Of a stretch of DNA of 32,000 nt, positions 23,870 to 32,000 are shown one piece after another (the stretch's first letter is position 1; the number at the start of each line of letters is the position of its first letter). The stretch is from Coprobacillaceae bacterium. Lineage in GTDB: Bacteria > Bacillota_I > Bacilli_A > Erysipelotrichales > Coprobacillaceae. The position numbers and the translations under genes were made by a program. A model generated the notes under the pieces. It ran no database searches. It was given only the letters and a program-made list of their open reading frames with translations, and was not told where the DNA came from. The stretch is from NCBI GenBank assembly GCA_963675515.1, contig OY776328.1:2280001-2312000 (forward strand). The letters are read 5' to 3'.

Positions 23870-24769
23870 TTAAGCTAAAATGGTAATTTCGAAATGCAGC
23901 ATTTTCTCAAAAGAAGGTTCCACAAATTGGACATTCCTTTTTTCCTCAAAAAAATCCGATTCCTCCGACGAGGTCGACAATCCACTCCACGGTTCAATAG
24001 CTATGAACGGACCTTTATTGGTGGTAGACCATATGACCAGATACGGAAAATCCTGGAAATCCAACTCAATTCCTTTGCTATGATTTCTCGAAAGCAATTT
24101 GACGTTTCGCGATTTGAGTTGATCCAAAGTCACAGCATCCGACTCGAATAATGAATAGTCCAAGTCAAGCGTCTTTTGCCCATTCAAAAAGGGTTTTCTA
24201 TCCAAACAGTCCAACAGTCCCGTATCCGGAAATTGTCTTGGAACAGAGCATGTTTCCACCTCCGCAAACTCCAGATAGTAGTCCTCATATTTTTCACCAT
24301 TTATTAGAGGACAATTGAAGCCCGGGTGACCGCCTATAAAGAACGGCATGCGTTTGAACTTTTCAAAATTTCTTACAACATATTCAACTTTTACCGTTGC
24401 ATCAACCAGTGAGTAGATGATTTCCAATTCAAAATCATATGGATACTCATTATACATTTTCTGATCGCTTTTGACTGTAAAGGAAACCCGACTGTTGTCA
24501 ATTTTCTTGTAATGAAACAAATTCTTTCTAACCAGACCATGGCGCGCAATAGTGCCATTTTTCAAGGATTCAAAACCCTCACTATAGACAGCCTTATCAC
24601 ATCTCAGACTGCCGCAAATCGGAAAAAGCACAGGAGCTTGTCCGCTCCAATATTCCGGATTTCCTTGCCATATGTACTCAATTCCATCTTTATCTTTGAT
24701 AGATGAAATGGTCCCACCCATTTCTTTAAATTGGACTGTGAGCAAATCATTTTTTAGTTCTATTACCAT
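23870..24769 (-). CDS. lacX: Aldose 1-epimerase family protein (LacX-like)
   Basis: 299 aa with WSGQAPVLFPICG and FFIGGHPGFNCP, the mutarotase-fold LacX pattern. It sits directly after lacG, as in lactococcal lac operons. Confidence 0.8.
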   Translation of the reverse strand: MVIELKNDLLTVQFKEMGGTISSIKDKDGIEYIWQGNPEYWSGQAPVLFPICGSLRCDKAVYSEGFESLKNGTIARHGLVRKNLFHYKKIDNSRVSFTVKSDQKMYNEYPYDFELEIIYSLVDATVKVEYVVRNFEKFKRMPFFIGGHPGFNCPLINGEKYEDYYLEFAEVETCSVPRQFPDTGLLDCLDRKPFLNGQKTLDLDYSLFESDAVTLDQLKSRNVKLLSRNHSKGIELDFQDFPYLVIWSTTNKGPFIAIEPWSGLSTSSEESDFFEEKRNVQFVEPSFEKMLHFEITILA

Positions 24770-24870
24770 AGTTTTCCCCCATCAAACAGAAGCAAATTGA
24801 GATATTCATTGACTCCTGTTGAAACATTTCCATTGTCACACCGACACATTTTACAAAGAAAACTGCCAAC

Positions 24871-26274
<1,404 letters not shown>

Positions 26275-26296
26275 TTAGTAATCCCTCAATCGAAAT

Positions 26297-28000
26297 TTAA
26301 TTGAATTGCGCCATGACAAAATCCAGTGCACCTCGGCCATCACGAGTCAATTTAATATACTCGGAACCTTCGGTACGTGCTAGTCTGATTCCCAAACGAT
26401 CTGTATCTTGTTTGATATCTTCATAATTTGAAGCCACCTGAGGCGCTAAGATAACCAGATCATAATCTTTCATAATATCCATATGTGCACCATAACTTCC
26501 GGCAGCAGCTTTTACCGGAGAACCGTATTTTGCTGCAGCTTTTGTGAGTGCATTCGCGAGCAAGCCACTGGTTCCACCACCTGCGCAAAGTACGAGGACA
26601 TTGATATCGCTGACAGTTTGACCTGTCTTTGATTCCGGCTGATTTTCCAAAGATCGAAGAATTGAATCCGCTTTTTTGGTATCGAAGTTGGCATTGATTT
26701 TTTCGTGTAAAGATTCTTGAGAACCTTTACCTGATTGTTCTTCAGCCAGAATTTGTTCGTCATATACTCTCAAGAAAGGATAGTAGATGGCCACATCAAC
26801 CACTATCAGGGTTATTGCCAAAACAAATGACCACAGACCAAACCCGGTTCCCATGATAATCCCAAGTGGTCCTGGTGTTGTCCAAGGCAGGTTCACGCTA
26901 AAACTATTCATTCCCAACACATCCACGAAGAACTTGAACAGCCAAACATTTACAATCGGAGCAAGAATAAACGGAACGAAGAATACCGGGTTCAATACTA
27001 TAGGGGCACCAAATAAAATCGGTTCATTTACACCAAAGAAAGTTGGAACAACTGATGCCCGACCAATAGCCTTATTTCGCTTCGATTTTGTAAGCCACAT
27101 GAACATGAACGGAACGACCAAGGTTGCACCAGTCCCACCCATTGTAACAATGAACATCTGGGTTCCTGAAGTTAGTATCTTGTCAGCGTGTTGACCTAGT
27201 TGCAACAGCTGGAAGTTTGTTTCAATGTTTGCATATGTAATAGCTGCAATTGCCGGCTCGACAATCGAAGGCCCATGGATTCCAACAAACCAGAACAAGG
27301 CATAGGCCCCGAAGATCACTGTGATTCCAAGGTAGCCATCGGCTGCTGTGAAAAGCGGTTCAAAAAATCTAAGAATTGCTTCTGCAACTGTAGTGCCAAC
27401 AAAATTATGACTGAGTAAATCGATTGCATACAAAGACAAAATTGCAAGGGTGAATGGTATGATGTCCTTGAACACCTGGGAAATGTTAGGTGGAACTTCA
27501 TCCGGCATTTTGATTGTGACATTGTTTTTAATACAAACTTTGTAGATGTTCACCGTAACGAAAGCTGCAAGAAAAGCGGTAAGCAAGCCTTTTGTACCCA
27601 TGTAACCGCTCGCAAACCCTCCAGCTTCAAGTGAATCAGATGCAAGCAGCAGGAAACCCGAAATGGCCGCCAGCATTGCAGAAATGAAATTTATTTGATT
27701 GGTGTTTGGCAGTTTACGATTAATCGAATCTGTTAGTGATTTGGCGGTAGTTCCGGCCACAAGCACGGCGATTATCCCCATGGTATAGCCATAAGGCTTC
27801 ATAATAATCGATGTTATGTTGTCTGGCCAAGAATATCCAAAGATGTTTGGCACAAACGCCACCAGCAAGAATATACTTGAAAACAAAATCACTGGCATTG
27901 CGGCAATGAATCCATCCCTGATCGCCCTCAGGTATATATTACGCGACACTTTTTCAAAAAACGGCTTACCTTTTTCAATCTGAGCAATTAATAGGTTCAT
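26297..28000 (-). CDS. lacE: PTS lactose-specific EIICB component
   Basis: 567 aa with a polytopic EIIC domain and a C-terminal EIIB domain ([19 protein letters not shown]). It lies between lacF and lacG. Confidence 0.93.
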   Translation of the reverse strand: MNLLIAQIEKGKPFFEKVSRNIYLRAIRDGFIAAMPVILFSSIFLLVAFVPNIFGYSWPDNITSIIMKPYGYTMGIIAVLVAGTTAKSLTDSINRKLPNTNQINFISAMLAAISGFLLLASDSLEAGGFASGYMGTKGLLTAFLAAFVTVNIYKVCIKNNVTIKMPDEVPPNISQVFKDIIPFTLAILSLYAIDLLSHNFVGTTVAEAILRFFEPLFTAADGYLGITVIFGAYALFWFVGIHGPSIVEPAIAAITYANIETNFQLLQLGQHADKILTSGTQMFIVTMGGTGATLVVPFMFMWLTKSKRNKAIGRASVVPTFFGVNEPILFGAPIVLNPVFFVPFILAPIVNVWLFKFFVDVLGMNSFSVNLPWTTPGPLGIIMGTGFGLWSFVLAITLIVVDVAIYYPFLRVYDEQILAEEQSGKGSQESLHEKINANFDTKKADSILRSLENQPESKTGQTVSDINVLVLCAGGGTSGLLANALTKAAAKYGSPVKAAAGSYGAHMDIMKDYDLVILAPQVASNYEDIKQDTDRLGIRLARTEGSEYIKLTRDGRGALDFVMAQFN

Positions 28001-28005
28001 AGTTT

Positions 28006-28320
28006 CTAGCTCCCTCTTTTATATAAATCTATCAAGTGTTTCATCAGGTCTTTTAGCAATAGAGTCGTCATCAGATGATCTTGACCATGCATCATAGTAA
28101 CGCTGTAGGCAATATCATTGCCTTTCGCTTCTTCTGCTAGAAGCTCTGTTTGCGCCTTATGAGCATCCACAATACACTCGTTTGCTTTTTCAATCAGCTT
28201 ATCCGCCTTGTCAAAATCCCCTGCTTGGGCTGCGTTCAAAGCTTCCAATAGTTTTGATCTAGCATCACCGGCATAAGCAACAATTTCAAAACCCAGTAAT
28301 GCAACTTCTTCTTTGTTCAT
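28006..28320 (-). CDS. lacF: PTS lactose-specific EIIA component
   Basis: [28 protein letters not shown]...MHGQDHLMT is the EIIA-Lac pattern. The start is set at the ATG (complement of 28318-28320) with a GGAGGG RBS. Confidence 0.92.
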   Translation of the reverse strand: MNKEEVALLGFEIVAYAGDARSKLLEALNAAQAGDFDKADKLIEKANECIVDAHKAQTELLAEEAKGNDIAYSVTMMHGQDHLMTTLLLKDLMKHLIDLYKRGS

Positions 28321-28350
28321 TATGAATCCCTCCAATTAGTTGACCTTTTC

Positions 28351-29334
28351 TTAGTTGACCTTTTCTGTCCAAGATGTTGCCGTGCGTTCAAGCACCGTAT
28401 TTAATTCTTCAATATTTTGGGCCCCAACTGTTTGAAGCCATTTACGCGCAGCTGCTTCTCCCTCTTCAATGTACACTTTGACTGATCCAGCCCAAGTAGC
28501 CCGACCACAAAGGACACCATTAAATTTTGCACCCGATTTGTAGGCGAATTCCAAAGTTTTCTGGAACATTTCCGCACTTACACCGGCACTTAGGTAGATA
28601 TAGGGAAGATTCGTTGCCGCCTCCTGTTGTTTGAAATAAGCCGCCGCTTCCTCTTGTGTGAATACGAATTCACCTTCGGAAAATCCTTCAACAAAGTTCA
28701 TGTTTACTGGAACTTCAACTTTTAGGACATCGACATTGAAGCGTTCTTGAGAAAACACCTTCATAGCCTCAATCACTTTATGCGGTTTTACCTTCGCAAA
28801 TTCGACACTTAAATTGTCGGAAATATTATCGTCATAAGTCAGAATTTCCAAGAAAAAGGGGATATCTTCCGCGACGCATTCCGAACCGATTCTCTCTACA
28901 TATGCTTGTTTTTGCAAGTTGGTATATTCGTTATCATCGACATCATAATATAGAAGGAATTTGACGGCATCACTTCCCAGCTCTTTAAGTCGTTTTGCCG
29001 ACCACTCAACCAAACAGTCCGGTAAACGTCCGACCGCATTTGCGTCATATCCTGTTTTTTCGTACGCAAGAAGCAAACCTGCTTTTTCATCACGAACTTC
29101 AGCGGCCGGCAACCCGTATTCAGGGTCCAACAAAATTGATGATGCATATTTTGTTAGTTCCTCGGACACAATTTTTTTCAATTCCTTAATCTGCTCTTCC
29201 TTTGGTTCCTGCTCTTGATATTGGGCCATCATTTTTTTCAAAGCCCCTCTTTGGTCAAACGCCAGAGCAGAAATAATCGCATTTTTGCTGCTGACATTTT
29301 CTAAATATTTTCTTTTTTGTTTTGACATCATCAT
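28351..29334 (-). CDS. lacD: Tagatose-1,6-bisphosphate aldolase
   Basis: [33 protein letters not shown] is a LacD N-terminus. 327 aa. The start could be any of three consecutive ATGs. Confidence 0.92.
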   Translation of the reverse strand: MMMSKQKRKYLENVSSKNAIISALAFDQRGALKKMMAQYQEQEPKEEQIKELKKIVSEELTKYASSILLDPEYGLPAAEVRDEKAGLLLAYEKTGYDANAVGRLPDCLVEWSAKRLKELGSDAVKFLLYYDVDDNEYTNLQKQAYVERIGSECVAEDIPFFLEILTYDDNISDNLSVEFAKVKPHKVIEAMKVFSQERFNVDVLKVEVPVNMNFVEGFSEGEFVFTQEEAAAYFKQQEAATNLPYIYLSAGVSAEMFQKTLEFAYKSGAKFNGVLCGRATWAGSVKVYIEEGEAAARKWLQTVGAQNIEELNTVLERTATSWTEKVN

Positions 29335-29340
29335 CTTTAA

Positions 29341-30273
29341 TTATACCTCTATCACTTCAATTTGTTTAAATAATTTATCGTAATTTGAAAGGTTGACCTT
29401 TCCTGTTTGTTTTTCCTGAGCATTTAACATCCCCAGGCTGTTTGCCATCTTCAACAAGTCTTCATCGGTTTGGAAGCTGCACAAGGCAGCGGTGATACCG
29501 GCAACCATCGAATCTCCAGAACCTACGGGGTTAACAATAGAAATTACAGGGATATTGACCTTGTAATATTTGTCGCCGTGTTTCGCAAATACCCCATTTG
29601 GACCCAAAGACAATATCACCCACTCAATTCCTTCAAAAACATCATTTGATAATGCTGTTTTCAAACTCGAGAAATCATCACTGACTTCGGTTCCAAGAAT
29701 TTGGGATAACTCATCGATATTCGGCTTGATGGCAGTGGGTTTGCTCTTTCCTTTCAACACTTCTAAAAGGGCATTCCCGGAACAGTCTAAAACCACTGGT
29801 ACGTCATTATTGTTGCAATGCTCGATCATTTTTGAATAATAATCTGCAGGCATGCCTTTAGGCAGGCTTCCGGATATTGCTACGATTTCGTAATCGGGCA
29901 CAATTTTTGCGAAATGGTCCATGAATTCAGCGGCTTCTTTTTCCGATATTTCCGGACCAGGTTCCAAAATTTCCGTCTGTTGCCGATCATGCAAGATCGC
30001 AATACAGTTTCTAGTTTCGCCCGAGACCTTATGAAAGGAGTGCTTGATACCTGCCTTATCTAGTTCAAGTTCTAGAAACTCTCCAATCTTTCCTCCAAGC
30101 AATCCACTGGCAACAACGTGTTCTCCTAACTGGGACAAAACCCTTGTGACATTCAACCCCTTTCCACCGGGTGTCTTATGAGTTTCACCTACGCGGTTGA
30201 CCGTATCAATTACAAGTCTATCAAGGTGATATGCGATATCAACCGAGGGGTTCATAGTGACGGTTAGAATCAT
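29341..30273 (-). CDS. lacC: Tagatose-6-phosphate kinase
   Basis: [15 protein letters not shown]...[11 protein letters not shown]...[12 protein letters not shown], PfkB family, in the LacC position. Confidence 0.92.
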   Translation of the reverse strand: MILTVTMNPSVDIAYHLDRLVIDTVNRVGETHKTPGGKGLNVTRVLSQLGEHVVASGLLGGKIGEFLELELDKAGIKHSFHKVSGETRNCIAILHDRQQTEILEPGPEISEKEAAEFMDHFAKIVPDYEIVAISGSLPKGMPADYYSKMIEHCNNNDVPVVLDCSGNALLEVLKGKSKPTAIKPNIDELSQILGTEVSDDFSSLKTALSNDVFEGIEWVILSLGPNGVFAKHGDKYYKVNIPVISIVNPVGSGDSMVAGITAALCSFQTDEDLLKMANSLGMLNAQEKQTGKVNLSNYDKLFKQIEVIEV

Positions 30274-30287
30274 ATTTTATCCTCCAA

Positions 30288-30803
30288 TTAATCTACGTAT
30301 CCGCCTCGATCCCATTTTTCTAGAAATTCGTCGAAAAAATGAGGGCTGTTTTGATCTTCGTTCGCAGTTTCGACCGCTGATATTTTGGCAATAAGCTTTT
30401 TGTTTTCTTCCGTTTCGATATATTCGGAATTGATGAAAGCCTCGATGATGTCACACATCAGAAGTTCACCAGTGATTTTCCCTCCAAATCCGATCACATT
30501 GGCATTTAGTTCCTCTTTGGCATAAACCGCCGAAGTCATATCCCTCACCAATGCCGAACGAATTCCAGGTACCTTGTTCACTGCATTATTGATACCAACA
30601 CCTGTTCCGCATATACAAACACCCAAGTCTGCTTCGCCATTGACTACTGCATCGCCGACTTTTTTACCATATATAGGGTAATGTGTTCGTGTAAAGTCAT
30701 ATGTTCCAACATCAATCACCTCGTGCCCGATAGATTTTAAATAATCCGATACTGCCATTTTGACCCCAGTTACGATATGGTCACATCCAATTGCAATTTT
30801 CAT
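30288..30803 (-). CDS. lacB: Galactose-6-phosphate isomerase subunit B
   Basis: [12 protein letters not shown]...[29 protein letters not shown]...FLEKWDRG is close to known LacB. Confidence 0.93.
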   Translation of the reverse strand: MKIAIGCDHIVTGVKMAVSDYLKSIGHEVIDVGTYDFTRTHYPIYGKKVGDAVVNGEADLGVCICGTGVGINNAVNKVPGIRSALVRDMTSAVYAKEELNANVIGFGGKITGELLMCDIIEAFINSEYIETEENKKLIAKISAVETANEDQNSPHFFDEFLEKWDRGGYVD

Positions 30804-30820
30804 TTTTTACCTCACTCCTA

Positions 30821-31249
30821 TTAACCCATTTTATTGAGCATGTCTACTCGAATTTGGTGGCGACCACCATCATATGTCCCGTTCACAAAGCCTTTTACAA
30901 TGTTCTTTGCAAGTGTAGTACCTACAATTTCAGATCCGATTGTAATAATTCTTGAATTATTGTGTCCTCTGGTCATATATGCCGAACGTTCATCAGAAAC
31001 TTCTGCTGCAATCATACCTTTTATTTTAGATGCCACCATGAAGGTTCCTGCCCCATAGGCATCAACCACGATTCCCAAATTTTCCTCTGCCTTTTTTACT
31101 TCATGAACAACGTCCAACGTTGTGTCAACGAAATCCTTAATTACCTTCTCACTGACATCAACTACAGCATACCCGCTATCGAGCAGATAATTTTTGATAA
31201 TATCCTTGAGATTTTTGCCTGCTGCGTCTGCACCAATTACAATCGCCAT
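30821..31249 (-). CDS. lacA: Galactose-6-phosphate isomerase subunit A
   Basis: [16 protein letters not shown]...[34 protein letters not shown]...[15 protein letters not shown] is close to known LacA. Confidence 0.93.
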   Translation of the reverse strand: MAIVIGADAAGKNLKDIIKNYLLDSGYAVVDVSEKVIKDFVDTTLDVVHEVKKAEENLGIVVDAYGAGTFMVASKIKGMIAAEVSDERSAYMTRGHNNSRIITIGSEIVGTTLAKNIVKGFVNGTYDGGRHQIRVDMLNKMG

Positions 31250-31371
31250 TTCTATTTCTCCTATTCATTTAATTTTGATGTTCAAACAGTATTTAAAACA
31301 AATTTTGCAAAATTGTCGTGAAAAGGTAATTCACTATTCATTAAAGTGCTTTCACTCTTTTCTACAACTCC

Positions 31372-31476
31372 ACTATACAAACAAACAAACAAAAAGTCAA
31401 CATATATTTGTTTGTTTTTTATCATAAAATTGCAGTTCCAATATTTTGGTGTTTGTTTTGTTTGTTTTTCAAACAC
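31372..31476 (-). promoter_or_regulatory. lac operon promoter embedded in TGTTTG/CAAACA repeat-rich candidate repressor operators
   Basis: On the minus strand: TTGACT (complement of 31395-31400), 17-nt spacer TTTTGTTTGTTTGTTTG, TATAGT (complement of 31372-31377). An inverted repeat AACAAACAAA...TTTGTTTGTT brackets the -35 box (about 31379-31417). A second block GTGTTTGTTTTGTTTGTTTTTCAAACAC lies at 31449-31476. Confidence 0.6.
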
Positions 31477-31506
31477 AAAAAAACAGGACTATGCTTCATG
31501 TCCTGT
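31476..31506 (-). terminator. Intrinsic terminator after the glucokinase gene
   Basis: On the minus strand: ACAGGAC-atgaagcata-GTCCTGT followed by TTTTTTT. Confidence 0.85.
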
Positions 31507-31519
31507 CGTTCTTGATTCC

Positions 31520-32000
31520 CTATTGGGCAACCAAACCGGCTGCTCCAATAACCCCTGCATCATTTCCCAATGAAGCCAGACGTATTTGTGTTCTGCCTTC
31601 AACCGTCGGTATGACGAAGTTATCAAATTGTTCTTCCACCTTGTCTTTTAAATATTCTCCGGCCATGGAAACCCCGCCGCCAATAATGATGTACCTAGGA
31701 TCTAGTGTATTTGCCAGTTGGGCACAGGCAAAACCTAGATAAAAAGCAAATCGGTCAACAACTGCCTCAGCTATCACATCGCCTCTTTTCGCAAAATCAA
31801 ACACATCTTTTACCGTTACCTCGCCTTCAATTACCAAAGTCTTCAGCTGCGAGTCAGCTAGCGAGCGATTGGCTTCCGTTTTGGCCAGATTGATTATTCC
31901 AGTTGCACTCGCAACCGTTTCAAGACATCCGCGATTGCCACAGGTGCATTGAAATCCCCCGGGGTCTACGACGATATGGCCGATTTCACCGGCACAGCCT
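31520..32000 (-). CDS. glk: ROK-family glucokinase, C-terminal part (5' end beyond the right edge)
   Basis: The frame is open to the window edge. It reads GCAGEIGHIVVDPGGFQCTCGNRGCLETVASATGI (the ROK CxCGxxGCxE zinc motif) ...IIGGGVSMAGEYL...LGNDAGVIGAAGL. Confidence 0.88.
   Translation of the reverse strand, partial: GCAGEIGHIVVDPGGFQCTCGNRGCLETVASATGIINLAKTEANRSLADSQLKTLVIEGEVTVKDVFDFAKRGDVIAEAVVDRFAFYLGFACAQLANTLDPRYIIIGGGVSMAGEYLKDKVEEQFDNFVIPTVEGRTQIRLASLGNDAGVIGAAGLVAQ

Noticed and set aside
31335-31352. Possible cre (CcpA) site TGAAAGCACTTTAA in the lacA leader
   Set aside because: It mismatches the central CG and the distal C of the cre consensus (TGNAANCGNTNNCA). It is too weak to call.

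Overview
This is a chromosome segment of low-GC Firmicute (Bacillota) type, judged from T-box leaders, GGAGG ribosome-binding sites (RBS), tRNAs with encoded CCA and a tagatose-pathway lac operon.

Left part (1-6350): arginine biosynthesis genes lie on the minus strand in two transcription units, argC-argJ' and an M19 dipeptidase with argF. Each unit has its own promoter and a near-identical T-box leader whose specifier I read as CGC (Arg). Next come DegV, two small orphan ORFs, and a plus-strand tRNA operon Asn-Glu-Val-Thr-Lys-Leu(UAG).

Right part (18480-32000), all on the minus strand:
- a decayed IS3 transposase tail
- an MFS transporter
- an RpiR regulator
- two tandem DJ-1/PfpI genes
- a 5'-truncated GH1 pseudogene
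- a complete lacABCDFEG-lacX operon with a clear promoter
- the 3' part of a ROK glucokinase

Middle part (6310-18473): this region is visibly more AT-rich and is the most interesting. The last 7 nt of tRNA-Leu plus its terminator recur four times. These copies divide the region into three tandem cassettes of about 3.9, 3.3 and 4.8 kb with identical polarity. Each cassette has a conserved left arm, unrelated minus-strand cargo, and a conserved right module of about 335-350 nt that has stops in all six frames. The junctions look like attL, attP, attP and attR. No integrase, excisionase, relaxase or replication gene is present anywhere in the window.

Cargo by cassette:
- A: a divergent PurM paralog, an Xre regulator, and an inserted intact IS3-family element
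- B: a decayed radical-SAM(SPASM)/Nudix/B12-radical-SAM cluster and one orphan gene
- C: a membrane-protein/winged-helix pair with a palindromic operator, and three orphan exported proteins

An internally deleted IS21-like element splits the second right module. A 150-bp MITE-like repeat occurs in cassettes B and C. No CRISPR array or rRNA was seen. Hand-derived coordinates may be off by a few nt.
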